A DNA stretch of 39,826 nt, from NCBI GenBank assembly GCA_946615495.1, contig CAMOHY010000001.1, positions 1 through 39,826 of the forward strand, given 5' to 3'. This DNA is from an uncultured Clostridia bacterium (lineage in GTDB: Bacteria > Bacillota > Clostridia > Christensenellales > Aristaeellaceae). Both the position numbers and the translations under genes were made by a program. This document shows positions 25,378-34,091 of this stretch, piece after piece. A model generated the notes under the pieces. It made no database searches, was not told the DNA's origin, and was given only the letters and a program-made list of their open reading frames with translations. Position 1 is the stretch's first letter. Each line of letters opens with the position of its first letter.

Positions 25378-27939
25378 CTATTCCTCCACCCGGCAGCCCG
25401 AATCCAGGCCGATTCCCAGCACGGCCAACGCGGGGAGGCTCGTGGTAAAGGGCTCAAACGTGTCAAAGCCGACGCGGAAGCGCCGCGACCAGCGGATGCG
25501 CACCTGGGCGCTTTCTCCCGGCAGCAGGGTGATAAAATTCTCCTCCGGCATCAGATTCCATTCGCCGGAAGCGTCCTCCACACAGGCGTGCAGGATGGCT
25601 TTATCGCCCGTATTCCGCATGCAAAGCACGCCGCCGTTCGGGCCTGCGTCCTTTAGCGCAGCTTCCAGCCTACCGCCATGCAGGGCAGCCGCCGCCTGAT
25701 AGGGGCGAACCGCATGGGTCGCAAACCAATATTCATTGAAGCTTTTTTCGCCATTCAGCTCGGCTATCAATCGCACCAGCACCAGCCCATCCGCCGGATC
25801 GGGCATGGTAAAAGCCAATTTTCCCACGTCATTTGCCTTATTCGCTTCCAGCGCAGTTGTTTCCTTCATCTGCGCATAGCAATTCCCGGATAAATCCATC
25901 ACCCGCGCCGTCACCAGCGCTTCGCCCGCTCTGCGGTGATCGGTAAATATCACGACGTCTTCGCAAAAACGCGTTCCCGGCGCGTAATCCAGCCGCCGGT
26001 AATTCAGCGAAACATGCAAAGGCGAAAAGGCCTTTTTCGCCCAGAAATACGCCTGCTTGGCGTGCCCGTAATAATCCACGATAGCAGTACAGGATAGATT
26101 GGGCCAAGGCTCGCTCAGCTGCCAGATGATGCTGCCGCTGTTGCGCCACTTTCTCCTTTGGTTGGCCTCTAAAATAAACCGCAGCCCTTCCGCCTGCATC
26201 CATTGGCTCAGGCGGATATACAGCTCCAGATTTTCCACATGCCCAAACATGCGCTCCTCTCGGTCATAGGTACACCACCAATCGCCGTGAAAGCGCCATA
26301 AATCGTTGTCGTGCATCCGTTCCGGCCGCGCAGGCCGAACGGACAGCTGCCGGCAAACCGTTTGCATGCAGCTCATGCCGTCGCAGCCAAATTCGCTGTG
26401 GAGCAGGCTGTCCGTATCCCCAAAGTAACTGTATTGGATGGGGTTTCCCTGATACTGCCACCAGCCGTGCACGTCATGACTAAAGTTGGGCGTTTGGGAA
26501 ATATGCGCCTGAGGGCCGGAGGGCGAGGTAGGCAAAAAGCAGCGGTCCGGATCAAGCGTGTGCGCAAGCTCCGCCAGCATGGATAGATTTTTGTTTTTCA
26601 GTGTCATGGGCTTTTTCTGCCCGTCCATCAGTTCGTTGCCGCCGCTCCAGATCACCAGCGACGTATGGTTCCGCTTGATTTTGAGCGCGTGAGTCGCAGC
26701 TTTTTTCAGCAGTTCCAAAAACCCTGGCTCCTCGGAAGGAATATTATCCACGCCGGAGCTGGACTGGATGAACTCCTGCCACACCATGAGGCCAAGCCGA
26801 TCGCAGCAATCGTAAAACTGTTCCGTTTCAATCAAGCCCCCGCCCCACACCCGCACGATGTTGGCGTTCAGGGCCGCTGCCTGGCCCAGCTGAAATTCCA
26901 CCTGCTCACGGGTCACATCCCCATAGATATGATCCATAGGCGTCACATTTACGCCCTTCATATACACCCGAACGCCATTGACCACCGCAGTATAGGGCAG
27001 CGCACCCTGCGGTGCGCCTTCATTTTGCACCATTTCAAAATGGCGGATGCCCTGCTTCAGCTTTCGCTCATCCAATATTTGGCCGCCGCCATACAGGGTA
27101 ACGGTTACATCGTACAGAGGTTGGGGGCCGATTCCGTTGGGATACCAAAGCTGAGGATCAGGAATCGTCACTTCAGCGGAAAACTGGTCCTCATCCGCCT
27201 TCATGCTTTGCTCCGCGGCCAGCGCCCCATCAAACGAGCAGGCAACCTTGGCGCTCAGAACGCAGGATTCATGCCGCGCCGCCTCAAACCGCACCGAAAG
27301 CAAGCCCTCTCCGCCCGGCAGCACATCGGAGGTAACAAATAGATCGCTTATGGCCGCTTCTTCATCGCCAATCAGGCACACGCTTTGCCAAATGCCCAGG
27401 TTCACCAGCCGGGTACTGAAATCCCATTTGTAATTAAACCGGCTTTTCTGGGTGGAGGTTTTGCTGGTGAAACCGATTTGTCCCATTTCATCCGGTGCGT
27501 GCAGGATCAGCACGTCCAGAATAAAATGCTCGTTTGCCTGATATTGTTCCGTAATATCAAAGCGAAAATCTTCAAACATTCCTTCATGGCTGCCCAGCAG
27601 CACGCCGTTCAGATACACCATGCAGGCGTAATCCACCCCGTCGAACTGGAGAAAAATTCGCTTCTTTCCATCCATGGGCGTCCGGTCGAATTCACGGCGG
27701 TAAATCCACCAGCGGTTTTCGATCCATTCGCATTTCAGGCTGTTCATATCCACATAGGGGTGCTCGATATAACCCGCGTTGTACAAAGCGCGGGTTACGC
27801 CGCCGGGGACGCAGGCGTCGATCCATTGAGTGATGCCCTCCAAAGGTTTTCCTGTTTCCATGCTTTTGTCCCGGAGAGGCACGTAGGCGGCGGTGCCTTT
27901 CAGCTTCCAAACGCCGTTCAGGCTGATGATTTTTCGCAT
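25378..27939 (-). CDS. GH2 glycoside hydrolase (beta-mannosidase / exo-beta-D-glucosaminidase-type)
   Basis: LNGVWKL, FDGVDYACMVYLNGVLLGSHEGMF and VIWSGGNE (acid/base region). AGGAG precedes the ATG at 27939. The longer ORF-track start would overlap the upstream gene. Confidence 0.88.
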   Translation of the reverse strand: MRKIISLNGVWKLKGTAAYVPLRDKSMETGKPLEGITQWIDACVPGGVTRALYNAGYIEHPYVDMNSLKCEWIENRWWIYRREFDRTPMDGKKRIFLQFDGVDYACMVYLNGVLLGSHEGMFEDFRFDITEQYQANEHFILDVLILHAPDEMGQIGFTSKTSTQKSRFNYKWDFSTRLVNLGIWQSVCLIGDEEAAISDLFVTSDVLPGGEGLLSVRFEAARHESCVLSAKVACSFDGALAAEQSMKADEDQFSAEVTIPDPQLWYPNGIGPQPLYDVTVTLYGGGQILDERKLKQGIRHFEMVQNEGAPQGALPYTAVVNGVRVYMKGVNVTPMDHIYGDVTREQVEFQLGQAAALNANIVRVWGGGLIETEQFYDCCDRLGLMVWQEFIQSSSGVDNIPSEEPGFLELLKKAATHALKIKRNHTSLVIWSGGNELMDGQKKPMTLKNKNLSMLAELAHTLDPDRCFLPTSPSGPQAHISQTPNFSHDVHGWWQYQGNPIQYSYFGDTDSLLHSEFGCDGMSCMQTVCRQLSVRPARPERMHDNDLWRFHGDWWCTYDREERMFGHVENLELYIRLSQWMQAEGLRFILEANQRRKWRNSGSIIWQLSEPWPNLSCTAIVDYYGHAKQAYFWAKKAFSPLHVSLNYRRLDYAPGTRFCEDVVIFTDHRRAGEALVTARVMDLSGNCYAQMKETTALEANKANDVGKLAFTMPDPADGLVLVRLIAELNGEKSFNEYWFATHAVRPYQAAAALHGGRLEAALKDAGPNGGVLCMRNTGDKAILHACVEDASGEWNLMPEENFITLLPGESAQVRIRWSRRFRVGFDTFEPFTTSLPALAVLGIGLDSGCRVEE

Positions 27940-27952
27940 CGAATCTGCTCCT

Positions 27953-29113
27953 TTATTTTGGAGTATGCCATTGCATCGTTTCCCGCAGGGGAGAAGCATC
28001 CAACTCCTTTGGCAGCGCTGATGCGTGGATTTGATCCGTCAGGCGGCGATGCCAGGCGGTATCGCGCCACATGCCGCGAAACTGCGGCGCGGCAAAATTG
28101 CTGGTGGCAATCAGCGCCCATTGCCCCGTTGCGCACGCCGTTTTCACGCCCAAGGCGCACAGCTCTTTCACCCAATCCCAGGGAAGCATAGGATAATCCT
28201 TGTAGTCCGTAATGGCCCAGCATTCCGTGGTGGCAAGAGGCAGCCCAGCTGCTTTCGCGTCCTGGGCCAGTGTGTTGATGCCGTCCGATAGGAGCGCGCG
28301 CCAATAATCCTTTTTCCCCGCGTATACGTCCAGCGCGTGATCGGACAGAAGATGATAGGCTTCCTCCGTGAACCGGCCATCCTTGGCCTGGCCTACCTCG
28401 CGGTAAAATTGCTGTTGGTTCAGCTTGGTCATCCAGATATGGTGCTCCGCCAGGTCGAAAAAGGACAAATCCTTTTCCCTGTAATACCGGGTGGATTCGC
28501 CGTCAAAGGAAAAGCAATAGGGCAAATGGGGATACGCGTTTCTTACAAGCCGGATCGCCTTGCGCATATAGGCCATGGATGCGTCCGTATGCCAGCAGCT
28601 CCAGGTCATCCAGGGAGGATCGTTGGTAAAAAAAGGCGCCCAAAAATCGCCGGGCCATTCATTGCATAAGTCCACATACAGGATCACGTCCATGAGCCCC
28701 GCATCTTCAATCAGGCGCAATGTATCGATCCAGCATTCCGCCATTTTTTCCGGGGCGTTCAGGGCTTTTCTGACATCGTCCCGGTCCTCCCGGTACCAGG
28801 TGCTCAAGCCCACCTTGACGCGCTTTTCGCGGCATTTTTCCAGAAAAGCAAGCAGCTGCGGCACCAGCCGCACCCGATTGATATAGGGGCTTCCCCAATC
28901 GTTGCTATACCAGACAGGGATCAGCGTCCATTCCTTTTGAGGATCAGCGGAAATCAGATGGGGGAAGGCGTCGATGCGAACCGCGTCATATCCCCGCTCC
29001 GTCAATTGATCCAGCGCTTCATCCCAGCTTTCAAAGCCTGCGCCGGGCCAGCGCCGCTCAATCCAGGAAAAATCCCACATGGTAATTGCCAAAGGATGCA
29101 GACCTTCCGGCAT
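27953..29113 (-). CDS. Cellulase-like (clan GH-A TIM-barrel) family protein
   Basis: WDFSWIERRW, YDAVRIDAFPHL and VDLCNEWP (an NE acid/base-like motif). The family assignment is from memory of the sugar-binding cellulase-like family. Confidence 0.65.
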   Translation of the reverse strand: MPEGLHPLAITMWDFSWIERRWPGAGFESWDEALDQLTERGYDAVRIDAFPHLISADPQKEWTLIPVWYSNDWGSPYINRVRLVPQLLAFLEKCREKRVKVGLSTWYREDRDDVRKALNAPEKMAECWIDTLRLIEDAGLMDVILYVDLCNEWPGDFWAPFFTNDPPWMTWSCWHTDASMAYMRKAIRLVRNAYPHLPYCFSFDGESTRYYREKDLSFFDLAEHHIWMTKLNQQQFYREVGQAKDGRFTEEAYHLLSDHALDVYAGKKDYWRALLSDGINTLAQDAKAAGLPLATTECWAITDYKDYPMLPWDWVKELCALGVKTACATGQWALIATSNFAAPQFRGMWRDTAWHRRLTDQIHASALPKELDASPLRETMQWHTPK

Positions 29114-29240
29114 TCCGTTTTCGCCCCCTTCGCTAATGAACGGCCGCTGTCTTCACATCATACCGATCGCGCGTGATCTGAACACAGCGACACAGCCGCG
29201 CCGCGCATAGGTTTTTCCAATACCGTCTTCATAGAAACAG

Positions 29241-29279
29241 GGGGGCAGAGGGCTTTCCTTTCGGAATCCCCCTGCCCCT
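29241..29279 (-). terminator. Hairpin terminator/attenuator after the second SBP gene
   Basis: The minus strand has GGGGCAGGGGG, a 15-nt loop, CCCTCTGCCCC, then CTGTTTCTAT. Confidence 0.6.
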
Positions 29280-29292
29280 TTCACGTCCGCGA

Positions 29293-30858
29293 TTACTTCA
29301 GGAATTCTTCCGTCAGGGCAGCGGCGATCTTGGCGCCTTCCTCGGCGTGTTCTTCCACGAAGGAATTCCACACAGCGGCGGGATCGTCAGAGATGACGGC
29401 CTGGATCACGATATTCTTCACATCGTTGATTACGGCGGAGCGGAAGCTGTAGAAGTCCTGATTCTTGGTGTTGCTCAGGTTATAGTCGGTAGCGGCAAAG
29501 GAAGCGTTGCTTTCCCAAGTCTTCATGTTGGTGGTGAACAGGTCGTTGATGATGTAACTGCTGTAAGCAGGGTTGCCAGGCAGATACACTTCCAGGCCTT
29601 CCAGGATGAAGTACTTCTGGAACGCGCGCTCCTGGGCGATGTAGTACTTGCTGCCGGTAGCGGAAATATCCTCGTCGGTGTAGTGCAGCACCACATTGCC
29701 GTTTTCATCCTTATCCCAGTCTTCGCCGCGCACGCCGTAAGCGTAGGTTTCCACCTGTTCTTCGTCCAGCAGCCAGTTGCCCACGGCCAGCCAGCGTTCC
29801 ATCACTTCGTCGCGGCAGTTGTTGGCAAAGGCGAAAGCGCCCCACCATTCGTCGATCTGGCTCACATGATAGGTGCCGTCGGGGGTTTCAAGGCAGATGA
29901 TGCCCAGATCTTCTTCCTGGAAGCCTTCGATGTTGGTGGCCAAGGTACGGGCAGTATTCTGCAGAATCGTGGCGCCCAGGTTGCCGTAGAGCACAGCGGA
30001 GCGGCCGGCCAGGAAGCGTTCGCGGCCCGCGTTGTTGGAATCATTATAGCTATCCATGGCCAACAGGCCTTCATCGTACATGGTCTTGATCTGCTTGATA
30101 GCTTCCAGAGAGGATTCGTTCTGGGCGCCCCACACATACTGGCCGTCCACGATATCAAAGGAACCGATACGCTGATTCCACTGCTGAGCCAGCAGCGCCC
30201 AATGGTTGCCGCCGTTGTCCAGGTCGAGGGGCACCAGCTTGTCGCCCATGTGGCCGGGATCCTTGGCCTTCACGTCACGCAGGTAAGCCAGGAATTCGTC
30301 ATAGGTCAGGGTTTGCACGGGAGCGAAATCATAGCCCATTTCCCGCGCCCAGTCGCGGCGGTAGGCGAACATGTAGGTGGTGTACAGGTTCACGGGGTTG
30401 CTGTTCTTGATCTTGGGGAAAGCATAAAGCTTTCCGTCCACTCGGAATTCGTTGAAGCAGGTGTAGGTGTCGATCAGCCTTTGCAGGTTGGGGTAAGCAG
30501 ACATATCATCGGGCAGAGCCTTGAATACGTCTTCTTCCACCCACTCCAGGTACTCGTCCTTGTTCAGGTTGTACCAGGCGATCACTTCGGGCAGGCTCTG
30601 GGTGTAGGCCAGGGTGCGGGTGGATTCGTCCCAGGAATCCCAGGCAACCAGATGGATGTTGAAGTCGAAGTTGAATTTTTCCATCGCCTGCTTGACCAGA
30701 GGCCAGTCGAACATATCGTCCGCGCCGTCGATGGTAAAGACGGTGAAGCTCAGATGCTCAGCATAGGGGTTTTCTTCCGCCAGAGCGGGGACGGCGGCGA
30801 GCGCCAGAGAGAGAACCATCACCAGGGTCAACGCCAGAGAGAGAAAACGCTTGCTCAT
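29293..30858 (-). CDS. ABC transporter extracellular solute-binding protein (large LplA-like)
   Basis: Signal peptide MSKRFLSLALTLVMVLSLALAAVPALAEEN and a sugar-SBP-like body of 521 aa. AAAGGAGG lies 7 nt before the ATG. Confidence 0.9.
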   Translation of the reverse strand: MSKRFLSLALTLVMVLSLALAAVPALAEENPYAEHLSFTVFTIDGADDMFDWPLVKQAMEKFNFDFNIHLVAWDSWDESTRTLAYTQSLPEVIAWYNLNKDEYLEWVEEDVFKALPDDMSAYPNLQRLIDTYTCFNEFRVDGKLYAFPKIKNSNPVNLYTTYMFAYRRDWAREMGYDFAPVQTLTYDEFLAYLRDVKAKDPGHMGDKLVPLDLDNGGNHWALLAQQWNQRIGSFDIVDGQYVWGAQNESSLEAIKQIKTMYDEGLLAMDSYNDSNNAGRERFLAGRSAVLYGNLGATILQNTARTLATNIEGFQEEDLGIICLETPDGTYHVSQIDEWWGAFAFANNCRDEVMERWLAVGNWLLDEEQVETYAYGVRGEDWDKDENGNVVLHYTDEDISATGSKYYIAQERAFQKYFILEGLEVYLPGNPAYSSYIINDLFTTNMKTWESNASFAATDYNLSNTKNQDFYSFRSAVINDVKNIVIQAVISDDPAAVWNSFVEEHAEEGAKIAAALTEEFLK

Positions 30859-30884
30859 AGGGATACCTCCTTTTTATTTTCTAT

Positions 30885-30903
30885 CACCCCCGGATCAGGG
30901 GTG
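30885..30903 (-). other. Intercistronic GC hairpin between the permease stop and the SBP RBS
   Basis: CACCCC-CGGATCA-GGGGTG. Its position mirrors the hairpin at 7119-7144 in the paralogous transporter locus. Confidence 0.4.
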
Positions 30904-30940
30904 CATAGACCATAGGAAACAAAATCAGGGAAAAACGGGA

Positions 30941-31828
30941 TCAGGACTTGATGGCCCCGATCATGACGCCCTTGGCGAAGTATTTTTGCAGGAAGGGATA
31001 CACGCACATGATGGGCAGCATGGTAACGATTACGGCGGCGGCTTTCATCCCTTCGGCATAGGTGCGGCGGCCAATTTCCGCGGGTACATCCGCTGCCATT
31101 TGGCTGCTGGTCCACAAAATCTGCCTGAGCTCCAGCTGCATGGGCCACATTTTGCTGTCGATCAGTACCAGATTGCTCCAGAACCATTCGTTCCACCGGT
31201 CTACCACAAAATACAGCGTGACCGTAGCCAGGGCGGGCTTCATCAGCGGCAACACGATCTGCCAGAAGATTCGGACGGCCGAAGCCCCGTCCAGCATGGC
31301 CGCTTCTTCCAGATCGGGCGGGAGCGCCTCGAAGAAATTGCGCAGGATAATCATATTGAACGCATTGAAGGCCAGGGCGATCACCACCGCGAAGCGGTTG
31401 CCGTACAGTCCCAAATCCTTAATCAAAAGGAAGAAGGGAACCACACCGCCGCCAAAGTACATGGTGAAAATAATCATGTTCTGAAACAGCGCCCGGCCGG
31501 GGTAGTTTTTCTTGCTTAGTCCATAGGCCAGGGTGGTGGCCAGAAACATACTGAAGGCGGTGCCCAGGACGGTATACAGAACGGAATTGAAGAACGCGCG
31601 CATCATGCCCGTACCCACGAAAATGTCCCGGTAATTGCCGAGGGTGGGCTGCCGGGGAAGCAGGGTGGTGCCGTTCATGATGAATTCCTGCTGGGTCAGG
31701 AACGAACGAACGATGGTGTAATAAAACGGGATGATGACGATCAAAGCCAGAAAGAGCAGAAAAATCACGTTGAAAACATCAAACCCCTCAACCTTGCGCA
31801 GCTTTCCCGTCGTGCCTTCCCTATTCAT
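30941..31828 (-). CDS. Carbohydrate ABC transporter permease (LplC-like)
   Basis: DLEEAAMLDGASAVRIFWQIVLPLMKPA. The ATG at 31828 has AAGGAGGAA 9 nt upstream, and its first base is shared with the upstream TGA. Confidence 0.9.
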   Translation of the reverse strand: MNREGTTGKLRKVEGFDVFNVIFLLFLALIVIIPFYYTIVRSFLTQQEFIMNGTTLLPRQPTLGNYRDIFVGTGMMRAFFNSVLYTVLGTAFSMFLATTLAYGLSKKNYPGRALFQNMIIFTMYFGGGVVPFFLLIKDLGLYGNRFAVVIALAFNAFNMIILRNFFEALPPDLEEAAMLDGASAVRIFWQIVLPLMKPALATVTLYFVVDRWNEWFWSNLVLIDSKMWPMQLELRQILWTSSQMAADVPAEIGRRTYAEGMKAAAVIVTMLPIMCVYPFLQKYFAKGVMIGAIKS

Positions 31829-32775
31829 CACATGATTCCTCCTTCTCCGAGCAGCTTAGCCAGTTTATTGGCAATCAGCAGGAAGCAGAAGTTGATTACG
31901 GATTTGGACAGGCCGATGGCGGTGCTGAAGCCATATTTAGGCTTTTCCTGGAAGGTAATGCGGTAGATATAGGTGTCGATGGTTTCCGCCGCGTCCCGTA
32001 CGACGGCGTTGGTCATGTTCAAAATCTGGTCGTAGCCCTTGCTCATAATGCCGCCGAAGGAGAGGATCAGCAGGATAACCGCGGTGGAGCGAATCTCCGG
32101 CCAAGTGATATAGAGCATTTTATGGTATCGGTTAGCGCCGTCCACCTCCGCGGCTTCGTACAGCTCCGGGCTGATGCTGGCGATGCCGGCCAGGTACAGA
32201 ATGGCCGACCAGCCGGTGCCCTTCCAGATGCTGGTGATATACAGCAGGGGACGAATCAGGCCCTTATCCGTCAGGAACCCGTAGGTCTGCCCGCCTGCCG
32301 CCCGGATCAAGCTGTTTACCACACCTTCTCCGGCAAAGATGGTGGTCATGAGGCCGCCCACGATGACCCAGCTGAGGAAGTTGGGAAAGGTATAAATAAC
32401 TTGAAGGGTCCGCTTATACCGGCTGCCATGCAGCTCATTGAGCAGCAGGGCCAGAATGATCGGCCCCGGAAAACCGGTGATGATGTATGCAAGGCCCATT
32501 CGGATGGTGTTGAAAAACGCGGCGATAAACCGTTTGTCCTTGAGCATGAGCGTGAAATTGGAAAACCATGGATCAGCGAAGGGACTGCCCAGGATGCCTT
32601 TGCTGATTTTATAATCCTTGAACGCCACGACCAAGCCGTACATGGGGCCGTAGCAAAACAGAATCACAAATGCGATGCCGGGCAGAAGGAACAGGTAGAT
32701 CCAACGGTTTTTCAGAATCCGGGTGCCCAGGGATTGCTTTCTCACGTGCGGTAAAGCGGTATCATTGTGTTCCAT
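31828..32775 (-). CDS. Carbohydrate ABC transporter permease (LplB-like)
   Basis: ELYEAAEVDGANRYHKMLYITWPEIRST and multiple TM segments. Confidence 0.9.
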   Translation of the reverse strand: MEHNDTALPHVRKQSLGTRILKNRWIYLFLLPGIAFVILFCYGPMYGLVVAFKDYKISKGILGSPFADPWFSNFTLMLKDKRFIAAFFNTIRMGLAYIITGFPGPIILALLLNELHGSRYKRTLQVIYTFPNFLSWVIVGGLMTTIFAGEGVVNSLIRAAGGQTYGFLTDKGLIRPLLYITSIWKGTGWSAILYLAGIASISPELYEAAEVDGANRYHKMLYITWPEIRSTAVILLILSFGGIMSKGYDQILNMTNAVVRDAAETIDTYIYRITFQEKPKYGFSTAIGLSKSVINFCFLLIANKLAKLLGEGGIM

Positions 32776-32811
32776 GCGCCATCACCCGCTTTCATGTACT
32801 ATGTTGAAAAT

Positions 32812-32840
32812 ATTTTACCATTTCAGCTATTGATCTGTAA
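32812..32840 (-). promoter_or_regulatory. Candidate promoter of the glycan-utilisation operon
   Basis: The minus strand carries TTACAG (32835-32840), a 17-nt spacer, then TGGTAAAAT (TAAAAT at 32812-32817). Confidence 0.45.
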
Positions 32841-32913
32841 TGATATATTTTCGGTTTGACACTCCGATTTTTTCGGAATGGTCATTTTTTTGCCGTGTGC
32901 GCCATGAAATGCC

Positions 32914-32943
32914 ATGGACAAGCGTTCATTGGGTTGCTATAAT
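32914..32943 (+). promoter_or_regulatory. Candidate promoter of the two-component operon
   Basis: TGGACA (32914-32919), an 18-nt spacer, then TGCTATAAT (extended -10, with TATAAT at 32938-32943). Confidence 0.5.
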
Positions 32944-32995
32944 ACACAGGACGGAGCTTTACAACATGGCCTGCCGTAATGAGAAAGGGAAAATC

Positions 32996-34090
32996 ATGTT
33001 TCGTGTATTGATCGTGGATGATGAACCGATGGCGCTGTTTTCCACAGCCCATTCTTTTCCATGGGAAAAATACGGTTTTTCTGCCCCGCTGACCACCACG
33101 GATCCCTTTGCTGCGCTGGATATGCTTCGGCGGGAGCGTTTTGACGCCGCCATTGTGGATATCCGTATGCCCGGCATGAACGGCATTGACCTGATTCGCT
33201 CCTGTGGGGATGAAAGGATTGATACGGTCTTTATCGTGCTGAGCGGCTATTCGGATTTCGATTATGTGCAGGGAGCGCTGCGGCTTCGTTCCTTCGATTA
33301 TTGCCTAAAGCCCGTTCTGCCTGATGACGCCGAAGCCGCCTTGCGCCGCCTGGCGGATCATCTGCGCGCGCTGCACGCTGCCAACGATCCCTCTCAGATC
33401 GCGGCGCTTAACTCCTATGCTCCTCTGTGTTCCCTTTTTGCGGGCTGCGGGCTTGCCGCGCCCGAAGGCAAAATGGTGCTCGCCTTGGTTTCCTCCGCCG
33501 ATCCCAACGCGCTATACGCGGCTGCCGCGTTCCTTCCCCACAGCCTGGTTTTCTGGCCCGCCGCAGATCAAATGCTGATTTGCGCTCCTTTACCCGAAGA
33601 AACGGTATGCACCGCGCTGAGCGCGCTGCCGCAGGCCCGCTGCTGCTACACGCCCGGCATCCCCTTGGAAGGGCTGATTCCCGTACAGCAGTATAAGCTG
33701 CTGGAGGATGCCCTGGCAGGCGTGGAGATTGGCGATGAACCCATGCTGGTGCGGGCCGGCGACGTCAGCCCCGCGTTCCTGGAACTGCTGGAATATGTAG
33801 ATCAGCATTTTCAGGAGGAGCTTTCCCTGCAGGAGCTCGCCAACCATTTTCACCTGAACTATACATATTGCAGCGAGCTGTTTCGCTCTATTACGGGACA
33901 AACCTTCACCAAATATATTACCCAGCGGCGCATGAAGCAGGCGGCGGAATTGCTGGTGATTACCAATCAAAGCGTGAATAAAATCGCCATGCTGACCGGG
34001 TACAGCAATTACACCCATTTTTTTACCGCGTTTAAGAATTACTTCGGCCAAACGCCTGGCGCTTACCGGGAAGAAAAGAGGAAAAAATAA
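32996..34090 (+). CDS. Response regulator with AraC-type HTH output (YesN-like)
   Basis: Receiver motifs VLIVDDEP and DAAIVDIRMPGMNG. The C-terminus is an AraC HTH (NKIAMLTGYSNYTHFFTAFKNYFGQTPGAYR). The ATG at 32996 is chosen because the upstream part of the ORF has no receiver homology. Confidence 0.9.
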   Translation: MFRVLIVDDEPMALFSTAHSFPWEKYGFSAPLTTTDPFAALDMLRRERFDAAIVDIRMPGMNGIDLIRSCGDERIDTVFIVLSGYSDFDYVQGALRLRSFDYCLKPVLPDDAEAALRRLADHLRALHAANDPSQIAALNSYAPLCSLFAGCGLAAPEGKMVLALVSSADPNALYAAAAFLPHSLVFWPAADQMLICAPLPEETVCTALSALPQARCCYTPGIPLEGLIPVQQYKLLEDALAGVEIGDEPMLVRAGDVSPAFLELLEYVDQHFQEELSLQELANHFHLNYTYCSELFRSITGQTFTKYITQRRMKQAAELLVITNQSVNKIAMLTGYSNYTHFFTAFKNYFGQTPGAYREEKRKK

Positions 34091-34091
34091 A

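Noticed and set aside
29347-30915. A 522-aa plus-strand ORF antisense to the second SBP gene.
   Set aside because: It is a shadow-ORF artefact of the same kind. The minus-strand gene has a signal peptide, a strong RBS and SBP-like sequence.
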